This document shows positions 1 through 12,529 of a stretch of 64,000 nucleotides of DNA, piece by piece. The stretch's first letter is position 1. Each line of letters opens with the position of its first letter. The notes under the pieces are model-generated. The model was not told the DNA's origin and did no database searches. It saw only the letters and a program-made list of their open reading frames with translations. The stretch lies in assembly GCA_002269645.1 (NCBI GenBank), contig NIVC01000625.1:62001-126000 (forward strand), given 5' to 3'. The position numbers and the translations under genes are program-made. The DNA is from Macrostomum lignano (Eukaryota).

Positions 1-2
1 AC

Positions 3-1563
3 GTGCCCGAGGAACTGTCGGCGCCGGCGGAGGAGTTTCGGGAGACGTTCCGACCGGAGACCGGGAGCTTCGTGCAGCTGTGGCTCCGGGTGCGCCGGAT
101 GAACTACGAGCAGCTGCTGTGGCAGCTGATCAGCACGGGCCGGTTCCAGAGGGAGCAGACCTACGACCCGGAGAACCTGCCCTTCTGGACCATCGGCATG
201 CGGGTGAAGGTCAGGTCCCAGTTGACCATGGGCCGCGTGATGGCCGCCATCCGCTGCCGTCTGGGCACCAACTGTCCCGGCCTGCGCTTCTGCCTGGACG
301 GCTTCTTTGGAATGCGAGGCTACTCAGACATCTTCAACAGCGCTGGTGAGCTGAGTAGGAGGGAGCAATAAGGAAATGCAGGAGGGCGCAATGAGGTACT
401 GCAGGAGGGCGCAATGAGGTACTGCAGGAGGGCGCAATGAGGTACTGCAGGAGGGCGCAATGAGGTACTGCAGGAGGGCGCAATGAGGTACTGCAGGAGG
501 GCGCAATGAGGTACTGCAGGAGGGGCGCAATGAGGTACTGCAGGAGGGCGCAATGAGGTACTGCAGGGGGGCGCAATGAGGTACTGCAGGAGGGGCGCAA
601 TGAGGTACTGCAGGAGGGCGCAATGAGGTACTGCAGGGGGGCGCAATGAGGTACTGCAGGAGGGCGCAATGAGGTACTGCAGGAGGGCGCAATGAGGTAC
701 TGCAGGAGGGCGCAATGAGGTACTGCAGGGGGCGCAATGAGGTACTGCAGGAGGGCGCAATGAGGTACTGCAGGAGGGTGCAATGAGGTACTGCAGGGGG
801 GCGCAATGAGGTACTGCAGGAGGGCGCAATGAGGTACTGCAGGAGGGCGCAATGAGGTACTGCAGGAGGGCGCAATGAGGTACTGCAGGAGGGCGCAATG
901 AGGTACTGCAGGAGGGCGCAATGAGGTACTGCAGGAGGGCGCAATGAGGTACTGCAGGAGGGGCGCAATGAGGTACTGCAGGAGGGCGCAATGAGGTACT
1001 GCAGGGGGGCGCAATGAGGTACTGCAGGAGGGGCGCAATGAGGTACTGCAGGGCGCAATGAGGTACTGCAGGAGGGCGCAATGAGGTACTGCAGGAGGGC
1101 GCAATGAGGTACTGCAGGGGGGCGCAATGAGGTACTGCAGGGGGCGCAATGAGGTACTGCAGGAGGGCGCAATGAGGTACTGCAGGAGGGCGCAATGAGG
1201 TACTGCAGGGGGGCGCAATGAGGTACTGCAGGAGGGCGCAATGAGTGCCGTAGGAGGCCGCGCAGTTCGAGTCAGTAAACCCAAAATAACGAATCACCAA
1301 CGCCCCCACGCTCAGACGCGTGCCCCTGGATGGAGATCTCAAACTTCTCCACGGCCATCAGCCTGCGGCTCCAGCATGGCGACAACGTGTTCATCAGCAT
1401 CGCCACGCCAGCGCAAATCGCTGACGTGATTGCCTGGCGCAGGACGCTGGCCATGTCGATGTCGAAGCCGAAGGAGAGGCAGATGTCCGTGAAGGAGGAC
1501 GACAGCTCAATCATTGGCAAGATCGCCTACGACAGTCAGGTGATGCACGAGCTGCTGCTGTGA
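3..1563 (+). CDS. 3' part of an uncharacterised protein-coding gene (exons <1-345 and 1316-1563; 5' end lies outside the window)
   Basis: GC-rich open frame to donor G|GTGAGC at 345/346. Acceptor ctcag|AC at 1315/1316 restores the frame (G+AC=Asp), giving ...DIFNSA-D-ACPWMEISNF...HELLL* (TGA 1561-1563). No family recognised. Confidence 0.75.
377..1245 (+). repeat. 23-bp minisatellite (GGAGGGCGCAATGAGGTACTGCA)n, ~37 copies, intronic
   Basis: Tandem unit directly visible; fills most of intron 346-1315. Confidence 0.97.
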
Positions 1564-1819
1564 GCCGCCTGTGCGGTTCTCGCTGCGCCGCTGGTCCATC
1601 TGCACACACGAAGCCTTGGACCGCATTCTCAGTGCATTAATTTTACTCATATACTCGTACCATAATCCGCAGCCACGTCTCTATTGCTTTAACACGCAGT
1701 AAATGAAGCTGATGTCACACTTTAAAGTTTAGCTGTAACATTTACACTAAATGAACGTGCGCTGTGTCTCACTGGCTCGTTTACTCTCATGGAATGATGG
1801 ACAGCTGAAGTAGGGCGCA

Positions 1820-2001
1820 GCACTTTCTTAGAAATGAGCCGGATGCTGCTAAGGGGAACGCGCATACGTATTTTCCGTATTTGCCTGCGCACTTAGTAGA
1901 TGCTATCGAGAAATCGTATTTTTCTTACGAATCGAATTTCTGCATGAAAACCCCATTCAGCTGACAGAACGAAAGCTCACAGCTCATTTCTAAAAAAATG
2001 C
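1820..2001. mobile_element. Small inverted-repeat (MITE-like) element
   Basis: GCACTTTCTTAGAAATGAGC (~1820) is the near reverse complement of GCTCATTTCTAAAAAAATGC (~1982-2001). Confidence 0.35.
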
Positions 2002-2257
2002 AGACTGTCACGTGGCAGCTGGCTCTCATGACAATTTTAAGCGCTTATGAAAATTGATTTTATGCGCCTATGGGTTGGGAAAGGGCCAGTCGGTTGTTGC
2101 TGAATAGTTGATTATTCAGAAGAGCTTCGAAACGGCAAAATACATGTTGTTTGGGCCTACCAAATTTGCCAGCCATGACAGACGTTTGCCAGCCATACAT
2201 TTGCCAGCCCATACGGCATACTGGTACATGTACGTACATTTGCTAGTCAGGCAAAAA

Positions 2258-3638
2258 TTAACAGTAGAACGACCAAGAGGGGGGAAATTCCCTCCCCCTC
2301 CCCCCGACAATTTTTTTGCTGCGCCGGAACGGAGCAACAATGCAGGCACACGAAACTCAAGAACACCGGCTAACTTTCTGTTGCGCCCCTTCTCAAACAA
2401 AAGGATCAAGTCGTCAGCCCTCCGGACCGTCAAGATATTCGACGATTCTGCCAGAAGGTCGGATTTTTCCCATAAGCGCCAGTGTATTCAGTACACCCCT
2501 GTGCGCCAATCAACACTGCGCCTCAGTGCAGCCTTGCCAAGCCTCCAAAGTGCATCAGCACGTCGACCACGTGTGCCTGCATCAGCTCTGACTTCGTTTG
2601 TTAATGGGAAGGTGGAGCTTCTGGACATTCAACAGGTGGCACAATGTGACGATATGAACACCCTGATGCAAATTTCTCGAGTTTCGCCAATCAAGCCTCG
2701 ACAGTGGGCAAACCTCAGCTGCCGGACATCCTCAGCCAGTCTCTCAGACATATAGCTCGAAATCTGACATAGTTGCAACAGGATCTCCATAGTCACCTGG
2801 TGCCACCTGTTGAAGGTGGCGACGGCGTCCGGGTGATGACTGAATGCTTGCAAGACTCTGAGGATGTCCCGCGGCAGTTGAAGTTTGCCCATTATTGAAG
2901 CTTGATAAGAAAAATCTGACATATAATTGCACAGCAGGATGTCCATATAACCATGGTGAAATTTCGAGGCTTGGCAAGGCTGCACTGAGGCGCGGTGTTG
3001 GTTGGCGCACCTGAATACACTAGCGCTTATGGGAAAAATCTAACCTTCTGGCATAATCATCGAATATCTCGACGGTCCAGAGAGGTTTGGCCACGATTCT
3101 TGTTTGAGGTCGCAAAACAAAAAGTTTGCCGGTGTTCTTGAATTTCGTGTGCCTGCTGCGTTGCTCCGTTCCGGCGCAGCAAAAAAATCCCCCCTTCTTG
3201 GTATAGTATTTGTCATGCTATCTCAGCCTAGAGACATCCAAACTCAGCCAGCCCATCTCAACAGTGCGATTTTTTACGTAAGCCAGTCAAGTTTTACCAT
3301 AGACATGCTTCTTAAGGCCATGCTATCTCAGCCTGGGACATGCAATCTCAGCCACTTTTCAGATTCTTACTGACTTTTCTTGCTGCGTTCATTCATTGCT
3401 GTTTGTTGCCATTTCATGTCACGTTACAGAAATGATAGCATTGAGATCTGTTTGCAATTGAAATCTATATTGGCTGAGATTGCATGTCCCAGGCTGAGAT
3501 AGCATGGCCTTAAGAAGCATGTCTATGGTAAAACTCGACTAGCTCGAGCCAAAAAACGCATTGCGGAATGGGGCTGGCTGAGTTTGGATGTCCCTAGGCT
3601 GAGATAGCATGACAAAAGCTATAGTTCTATACTGTTAA
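2258..3638. mobile_element. Foldback/MITE element A with long inverted arms and TTAA-flanked ends
   Basis: Left end TTAA-CAGTAGAAC, right end GTTCTATACTG-TTAA. Segment 2320-2550 is mirrored at 2970-3180. A further partial copy lies at 52283-52749. Confidence 0.8.
3204..3621. mobile_element. MITE B (~420 bp, ~150-bp inverted arms, TA target duplication) nested in the right end of element A
   Basis: Ends TAGTATTTGTCATGCTATCTCAGCC / GGCTGAGATAGCATGACAAAAGCTA, flanked by TA at 3202-3203 and 3622-3623. The empty site GGTAGTTCTAC is seen in the copy at ~52733-52743. Confidence 0.85.
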
Positions 3639-4918
3639 TCAGCCCTAGTTTTACAATTCAATAGTATACGAGTACGAACATGTACAAGGGCAGCGTATTA
3701 TGCACAAATACGGTGCAAATCATGTAAAAGCGTAAAGGCTCTTTTTCACATATCACATCGCTATAAAACTAGACTGAAATTCGTTTGCTGACACGTACAA
3801 TTCAACATAAAATTCATTCCTTACATTGCTGTTTGGGAAGTTGATGCATATGGCTCATCGATAATAGCGAAATGGCTCTGACGTAAAGCGATCGCGCGCG
3901 CAAATGCTAAGTGTGTGATAAAAATAGGTCGCGGTGCATGTAATAACATTTGTGTAAAGATTTTTAAAATAGTTTTTTTTAATTTATTGACTAAGCAATA
4001 AACCAATTCGATCCATTTATGGCTGTGGTTTTTCTGTGGGGCCATGTGTGCATGTGGGCAGCAAGGGCCACTATCTAGGAACACTAGTAGTCCTTTGGCG
4101 CGGGCAGCATGGTGTCAAGATGTTAAGGCCGATCATATTAGACTATATGTAAAGGCAAAGCAAAAAAGTGATGATATATACCCATTGTGTAGCGGGATCG
4201 AACTGTTTGAAGGGCGTAAATGTGCTGACTGGCAACTTTGGATGGCAGTAGCAGGCTGGCTACCGCGGGGGGGGGGTATCTGAATATATTGTATATATAA
4301 ACTTGCGATCCATTTTTGCTGAATAGATTTCCACACGTTTTTGGCATTATTTGACAAAAAAAAACGAAGAAAAGAAAAAGATATCAACGATTATTAACTG
4401 TAATTTACTCATCAGTCAGAAATTGAAGTAACATATAGCTGGACCAATAAAGTATTATCACTATGAAAAAACGGAATGCAAAAGTTACCTATAAAATCAT
4501 GAATTGGCAGTTAATTCCTTCTCTTGTCTCTTATTCGAATGCGTATGCGCAAATCCCTTGGACATAGCTACAGTTGAATTTCATTTAATATGCATCATCA
4601 TTAGTTTGTCGTAAGTAACGTTAACGACATGCGAAAACTATCCCAACAATTACGAGTGCTTTATTTTCAAAGAAAACCGATGTTTCACTCAACTCAACAC
4701 TGTTTCACAAAATTGTTAATTAATTTGTTGATAAATTGTGGTTTGATTTGCGTTTCCTAGTAGATTAAAGAGTAAAGCCGCTGTGCGAAAACCCTATTAA
4801 ACAGTTAATAAACGTCATATCAACCGAGGGAAGTGCGTAGGCCTATCATAAGTTACAGTTATTTAACTTGAATTATCATCATGGATTCAACTCATCTTCT
4901 GGCACTTAAAGGTGAGCG

Positions 4919-7472
4919 TTCTTAACTAGTATTGAATGAAATGAAAATATTTTTAAAATTTTCCTTTTTTGTTTTGATGTTAATAAGTCTTCTTTTATAT
5001 TTTACCAAGTAAATTTATTAGACACAAAATATGTGGTAAACCACATCAGGGCATTCAAAAAAACTTATGTTCATTCTAAATTTATAATATATCTACTATG
5101 GATTAGTTTTTTTTCAAAAAGTTAGATTTAATATTTATTTTACCCTTATATATAATATGTTTCTTAATACATGGTAATTTTGGAAAGTTTAAAAATATGT
5201 TGAGTCTATAACATCTAACATTAAATATCTAATATCTAAGACTTAAAAGAATGCTATGCCACTGAAACTTTATCTTCTTGCCAACTCTACAAAATATTTT
5301 TGAGTAAAAACTCAGAAGTTATTTATATAGTATTTAATGAATTATTATAATTAGTATAATTATAAAGACCTTTACCTTTGGTATATCATGATTCATGTAT
5401 TACCATTGTATATCATGTTATGCTCTGCTTAGTTTTTAGTGTTCTACCAAAAAATCAAAAAATGCACAAAATGATTGGTTATCATTTTCAATTTATTCCA
5501 ATATGCAAGTAAGCTATTATATTATAAGTTTATAGGGTTACTAGAAAATAAAAAAATAATTTTAATTAACTTAAAAACTTTGTCTTCCACCAGGAAGGCA
5601 ACAAAGAAAAGAATATTTTTTGAATAAAATATATGTTTCAACAGTTTATAGGTACTAGACATATTATTAATTTATTAAGTAAAATGATATTTACAACAAA
5701 AATATCTAGGCTAAAAGCAAATTATCTAGCCTAAGATATTGGCACCTCCTTTTCTTAGTCAAGATCATGGCATACCTATGTCAGAACAAATCCTATCAAA
5801 AAAGTTTGCTTGCACTGTGCCTAAACTTTAGTAAAAACATAAGAATAAAAAAGTACTGGTAAAACTTGTATATAAATCTATTTCATAGTCATAGAAATTA
5901 GAAAGTGGAATATTAACATATTTTAATTGAAAAAGCCCTCAACATACCAACAAACAAAAAAGTGCTACTTTTCTATTTGCAAAATATTGTCTTATAGAAA
6001 GTTTTTATTTTGTACCAAATTGTTTTCCTTGATTGGCTTTGAACACCAATTTAATATTTATTTGAAGGCTTAGCCTATCTTTTTTAATCTGGATTAAGTT
6101 GTATCCAGCAAAATGATGATTGCTTTGATCCTGGAAAAGTTTGCATCTATGTTCATATTTACAAGTAAACTGTCTCATAAACTATTTTGGGCTTGTTTTA
6201 CAATCAAAAAGATTATTTGTTATTATAAAAATAATATAAACTTTAACAAAGTATTTATTATAGGTTATCTGCAAATATGAGTTGTACAAAATATAAAATT
6301 ATTAGTTATAGAACAGAAGACCTTTTATAATTCTAGTATAATTACAAATATATATATAAACTAAAATGTCTTTTTGGCATAATAATATATTAACTCTTTA
6401 ATTTAAAAATATTCCAGTGTTATTTTGTTTTTAGGATTTTTGTTATTATCTTGTCAAGGCTAAATAGGGCTTAACAATAAGACATATATTAGTGCATTTT
6501 TTAAATGCAATAGAATAGTATTTGTATAAAATATGCTTCTAGATATACCCTCTTAAGGTATTGTAATATTGTACCTTTTCTACCAACTGATATATTAATC
6601 TTAGGGTTGGCAAACTCTGGCCTGTAGGCTGCATAAAGCATCTATCCAGCCCTAGGCTCTTTTTAAATTTCACAATGGCAATCTGGCCTGCTCAAGTTTT
6701 GTCTCTTCTTAGCTGTCTTTTTTCTCTATTCTTCCCTCTCCACTCCCTTCCTCTCTCTTCCCTCCTTTCCCTTCTCCTTTCTCCCATCCCCTCTCCTCTC
6801 CTTTTCTCCTCCCCTTCTCCTCTCTCCCCTCCTTTCACCTCTATCTTCCTTTTTTCTAGGCTGCAGTTATGTGGTAGATTCTATATCTGGACCCTGTAGT
6901 AATAAGTTAAGAACCAAAAATAAACATTAGTATACAATATCTCTTGTTTTAACAATTGTTCCAAGTTGTCTAACTGTGTTTCTATCTAATATTTGTAGAT
7001 TACACTTATAACTAAAACAAGACAACCACTAAGACAAGACAAGATATGCTAATTTAGAAGCTGAGAAAATGTTTTTGAGAAGTTGATGGTCATTCTATTG
7101 AATATTACAGTATTACAAATTTAATTTCATACTTATAAGCAAATCTTTAGTCTAATGATATCATAGTACCCATTAAAGTAGATACTTAAAGCTAAAGAGT
7201 GAGTAGTAGTATACAGAAAGTATTTTTGACAATTTTTAGATTTGTAGACAGACTAATTATATTCTCAAGAGGCAATCTAGTCTTGATTCACTGATGTATG
7301 CATAATAGATTTTTTACTTAGCTAATTATAATTTCCTATTTTATGTATTACTCTTCAAATTAATTATTTATCAAATTTATCTGAGTTGGCAAATTTCACA
7401 GGTTGCTACTGCATTCCTTACTGCTAAAAGCTTTTAGTAATACCTGAAATTTCAGTCAGAAAAAAATGAGCT
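4919..7472. other. AT-rich intergenic domain containing no CpG dinucleotide
   Basis: Manual scan found no CG between 4917-4918 and 7473-7474; flanking DNA is CG-rich. Confidence 0.8.
6602..6930. mobile_element. Degenerate hAT-type MITE remnant with CpG decay and an internal CT-rich tract
   Basis: TAGGGTTGGCAAACTCTGGCCTGTAGGCTGCAT resembles the common hAT-MITE start CAGGGTTGGCAAAC..CCGGCCCGCGGGCCGCAT with CG changed to TG/TA. No right terminus identified. Confidence 0.45.
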
Positions 7473-7639
7473 CGACTGTGAACTGTGTGTATTTGTTGTG
7501 TTAAGGACAGTTATCAGTGTTTAATAAATTTATGCAATAATTAAGCAGCAAAAATTAATCTTTGATATGCCATAACTTTTGATTGTTCAGGATTCACAAA
7601 ATTTTACTTGAATTAGGCTTGAATATAATGACAAGAATG

Positions 7640-8160
7640 CGATGAGCTGACACTCAATGAGCTGACATTCAATGAGCTGACATTTGATGAGCTGACACTC
7701 AATCAGCTGACATTCAATCAGCTGACATTCAATCAGCTGACATTCAATCAGCTGACATTCAATCAGCTGACATTCAATCAGCTGACATTCAATCAGCTGA
7801 CATTTGATGAGCTGACACTCAATCAGCTGACATTCAATCAGCTGACATTCAATCAGCTGACATTCAATCAGCTGACATTTGATGAGCTGACACTCAATCA
7901 GCTGACATTCAATCAGCTGACATTCAATCAGCTGACATTCAATCAGCTGACATTTAATCAGCTGACATTCAATCAGCTGACATTCAATCAGCTGACATTC
8001 AATCAGCTGACATTCAATCAGCTGACATTCAATCAGCTGACATTTGATGAGCTGACACTCAATCAGCTGTCATTCAATCAGCTGACATTCAATCAGCTGA
8101 CATTTAATCAGCTGACATTCGATAAGCTGACATTCAATCAGCTGACATTCGATAAGCTGA
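7640..8160 (+). repeat. 15-bp minisatellite (ATCAGCTGACATTCA)n, ~34 copies, immediately 3' of the SLC10 stop codon
   Basis: Tandem unit directly visible; each unit carries CAGCTG. Confidence 0.97.
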
Positions 8161-8164
8161 GCAG

Positions 8165-11100
8165 TCAGAGAGTCGTGACTTTCTGTTTTTCCGTGGCCAC
8201 CGCCGCCTTGGCCTCCTCCTTGGCGGCGTCCTCGATGGCCAGCGGCGCGGACACCGCAGTGACGTCCTCGGCCATGCGGGCCAGGCTGCTCACTATGCTG
8301 AACTGCCTGCTCTGCTTCTCCTTGCGCCTGTCGATGAAGCCGGCCAGCCAGCCTTTGACTCGGTGTGCCACCACGTAGATCACAATGGGCGCCGGGGTGA
8401 GGATGGCGGCGGCCAGCGGCAGCACCGTGGCCAAGTCGGCAGTCGGCGGGTCGCAGGCCGAGCGAATGGCCGGGATGGCGATGAGGCTGGCGGAGGCGGC
8501 GGTCTCAGCGGCCATGGCTTTCCGACCGGGCTTGGCCTGCTTGGCCAGGGCGCCCGCCAGGCCGCCGGCGCTGAACGCCGCCCCGATGAAGGCCAGCACG
8601 CAGCAGAGGGCGCGCGCGTCCAGGTGGTCGATGGCGTAGTGGTTGATGTAGATGCCCAGCGTCACCAGCAGGATGGCCGCCAGCAGCAGCAGCGGCCTGC
8701 CTGCCCAGTTCAGCGCGGCCTGGGCCAGGCTTGGCCGGCAGGTGGCCAGCAGGGCGCCGATCAGCTGGGCGCCGAGCGGCGGCAGCAGCCACAGAGCGGC
8801 CAGGTGCAGCCGCACCCGGAAGCCGAGCCACCGGGACAGCAGGGCCAGCCAGGCCGGTGACATGCCTTGAATTGCATGACAAGAATTAAATTAACATTGA
8901 GTACTGACTACTTGTTTGCCTCGGCCTGGTCAGTAGGCATTTCAGCGAACCAGTGTGCAATTCATCATGAATCGCGGGACTTGGGTGCTTTTTTATTATG
9001 TCAGTTATTGCTGGAGTTCAGCCTGAATGCGCCAGATGCAATATCCTTATGGACCTTCTGGCACACCTGGACAGCCAGGCGCTGCTCACTGTGTTTGCCA
9101 TCATGCGAGGCCAGGAAGCTGGCTGTCAGGCCGTTGCCACCCCCCCCCCGCACAGACTCACCCGGATTGAGCAGCGCGTTCATCAGCGACACGGCCGCTG
9201 ACAGATTCCTGTCCCCCTCCATCAGGTAGACGGTGAGGTGGGCCAGGCCGCCTCCGGGCATTGCCGCTATGGCAACGAGGCCCAGGCCCGTGTCCTCCTC
9301 CAGGCCGAACGCTTTGTGCAGGCCGAGCGCCATCTGAATAATTCGAATTGGCAGGTGAAAAAAGTGCTCAAACTTCAGCTTTTGTCGTGCGTGTTTTTGC
9401 AAGGCAAAAACTCCGGATTCGCGCTGCTTGGCTTCCGAATCCGGGCATCTGCCTTGCGCATCCGCTGTCTGAAATCCGCTGAAGTTTGTTGTTTATATAA
9501 AAGTGCAGACAGGCCGTCTGTTGATCCCTTGAATGGGGGGGGTTTAGGCCGCCGAAGCCCCGGTGAGCGGGACTTCTTTCTTGTGAGAGGCTTTTTTTAC
9601 TCCTCCGTTCCGACCAGCAAATCTCTGGCGGCAGCTTCTGAACCGGACGGGCGTGCGTGGTGTGTCGGCTTTGAAAATGGGAGACGGTTCTGGCCAGGCT
9701 AATGGATTGGTTTTGGGCGTGACTTTTCCTCTCTCGCTCACTCCTGCCCTCTGGTCGGAGTTTGGGCTTGCCAAAATAACTGCCCCGTTCCATTCCGGAT
9801 CTCATTGTGCCTCTCAGCTAACCGCAGAGCCTCTCTCAGTGTCTGTCTGATCTTCAGCAGAGCTCCGCATGCCATTTGGCCGCCCATTTGCTAATCTGAT
9901 TCTGCTGCTGCCGTCCCACCCCTCTTCTCGTCCATTAAACCTCAAGTCGGAAACTTCTCATCTCAATCTCGGTCGCTTCGCGATCCCATTGATAATCAGG
10001 GGATGAAGAGGGGATGCTGAGTCGGTATTGTTCGACTCCTATAAGAACCTGAATTTACAGAAAGTTAAGAGGGCGGCTTGGCTGCCACTTGAGAGTTCAG
10101 CAGTCAGCCTGAGGCGCAGCACCATGAGAGGGGATGCTCAGCTTGCCAGGCATTTCTTTGCTCCCGAGTCCGTCGGGAGATGCGGGACTTCCTTCCCTGG
10201 GCCCCGAAGGAAATCAGCATCGGTCGTGTGTGAAAGCTTTGGGGGGGGGGGGCTGCCGGCCTCGGTGCTCCGTGCTGCTGGATGGCGATCCGGCGGGATC
10301 CTGACGCTGCAAATCCCCGCCGCACGGAAGAAGGGATTTTGCTGCAACATTTCTGACGGCTCCCTGCTAGCCCCACCGAGCTGGGGGCGCCGTCTGTCAG
10401 ATCCCACGCCGAGCTTGGAAACATCTGAGAGTGATGGAGAGAGCTTGGATTACGACTAGGGTTGAGGGCTATTTGTGTGGAGGATCGAGGCGAATCTGCT
10501 TGAGATTTCCTCAATAGGAAGGCCTGATCCGGGTGAACTACAAGGGCTGGGCTGGCGTCCTGCAAACGAGGAGCTCAATGGCTTTGAGGATGAAAAAGCC
10601 CTATCCCGGTCCGTATTGATTTCTGAGCTGCCTGCGCCGAACCTTTGGTCTGCCGAGTCCCAGACTCGGGGTGCCCGGCAATAGGAGTCCCCGCCTCCTG
10701 GGCTAATTTCTTAATCCCACTCTGTTCGCTCAGTGCAGTGTGCTCAGTTTGACTCTATTTTCAATGCTGGAAATCCGAAAGGGGCCTTGAGTCTCCCGGC
10801 CTCATCGTGGGCCTATTCTCCTCAGTTAAGTCATTTTCTCCATCGCTACGAGGCGCAGTCTCCTCCCCCCCCCTGGCCGCTCACTCGATCACTTCCCTCC
10901 GTTCGCTACTTCATCCCGGACTCGCCTCCGCCCCAGCGATTCGCCGTGCCATTAGCGCCGCTCTAGGGGGTGGCTAATTAGATTTCCTGGCGCCGAAGCC
11001 CGCCTGCATGTCGCGAGACTGCCAGTCCCAGCCTGTCCACCCTCAATGGATGGCGCCCCGATAAAGAAGCAGGACACTTCTTTAATTCATCTCTGCCCAT

Positions 11101-12529
11101 TCATACCCCGGTGCCTGCAATAACAGTGCTATCTGCTGCTACTCCAGTGCGCAGAGGATACTCACTAAAGTACTTGAAGCATTCGAGAGTGAGCAAACAC
11201 TTGTCTGCCCCGGACACTTGGCTCTGCATCCATTATCAAAAAATGAGTTCATACTTCTAAACCAGTTGGTTACTTTTGCTGAAGTTTACATTGTGCCCTA
11301 CATTTAGTCTCAATTACTATAGATAGTAGTCTTTTGCGGCCATAGCTGGTAGAAAGAATATAAAACATTTTTGCTTCCAGCTCAGCCAGAGCTGCTGGGG
11401 CCTGTGAGAACTGACTGTCAAACAATGGGCATCGCTGATTCCAGCTCAGCCAGAGCTGCTGGGGCCTGTGAGAACTGACTGTCAAACAATGGGCATCGCT
11501 GATTCCAGCTCAGCCAGAGCTGCTGGGGCCTGTGAGAACTGGCTGTCAAACAATGGGCATCGCTGATTCCAGCTAAGCCAGAGCTGCTGGGGCCTGTGAG
11601 AACTGACTGTCAAACAATGGGCATCGCTGATTCCAGCTAAGCCAGAGCTGCTGGGGCCTGTGAGAACTGACTGTCAAACAATGGGCATCGCTGATTCCAG
11701 CTCAGCCAGAGCTGCTGGGGCCTGTGAGAACTGGCTGTCAAACAATGGGCATCGCTGATTCCAGCTCAGCCAGAGACGCAAGGGCCTGTGAGATAAGCAG
11801 TGATGAATGCCAAGCAGTACGCACCGGCGGCAGCAGGAGGTGCTGAACCAGCAGGCAGCTGACGAGGCCCAGAGGGCTGGCAAAGTACGGCCGGACCTGC
11901 CTCAGGTCGGTCATGCAGCCCATGCACAGGGCCAGGGTGCAGGCCACCAGGCCGACCGCCCAATTGAATGCCGCGTCGATCAGCCGAGGCTTCCGCACCG
12001 TCACCACCGGCACGTGGCGCTGCGCCACCTCGGTCATCGAGTGCCGCCCCCCGTCCAGGACGATTTCTTCATCGGCAACCGGGCTGGCAAAGCCCTCGGC
12101 CGCGCCGCTGGCATTCCAGGCCAGCAGTCGGAGCAGCGCGGAGGTTCGGCCCACGTTGTTAGCCTCGATGTAGATTGGCGAGCCGTAGGCCAGGTCCTTG
12201 GCTGTGCACAGGTCGCCGCCGAACTCGCCGCCGCAGTTCCGCTTCGGCGTCGGGTGCTGCTGGCGCTCGCGCCGTCCGCTGGCGGTTATGGCCACGAGCT
12301 GCGCATTGGCCACCAGGGTGCGCGTGCCCAGGCTGAAGCCGCGCCGGATCAGCTCCGCGCAGCAGGTGCAGTTCAGGTGCAGTCGCTGGTAGCGGCCAAC
12401 CGTGAGGCCGCTCACCGATGCAGGACTGATGCTGAGTTTGCAGGTGTCGCCAGACTCTGTGCCGATTGCAGTTGTTGTCCATTGCACACAGCAGAGGCAC
12501 AGCAGCCTCAGCAGCAGAGTGGCTTGCAT
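8165..12529 (-). CDS. SLC10-family (sodium/bile acid symporter, SLC10A3/A5-like with long N-terminal ectodomain); exons 12529-11825, 9333-9162, 8865-8165
   Basis: Signal peptide MQATLLLRLLCLCC. Motifs CMGC.TD..Q..P....Q..LLP and PGGG...TVYLMEGD.NLSAA..L..LLNPGMSP.W match the SBF fold. GT-AG junctions are in compatible phases (0, 1). Confidence 0.88.
11377..11774 (+). repeat. 64-bp tandem repeat, ~6.2 copies, in SLC10 intron 1 next to the donor
   Basis: CCAGCTCAGCCAGAG recurs at 11377, 11441 ... 11761. Confidence 0.95.

Noticed and set aside
320-1342. Three overlapping ~310-340-aa minus-strand ORFs
   Set aside because: Translation of the 23-bp minisatellite.
9480-11060. GC-rich stretch with several 60-150-aa ORFs inside SLC10 intron 1
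   Set aside because: No coherent codon bias, splice chain or recognisable domain; probably degenerate repeat DNA.
11377-11774. 64-bp period suggestive of a CRISPR repeat plus spacer
   Set aside because: The whole unit repeats near-identically with no variable spacer.
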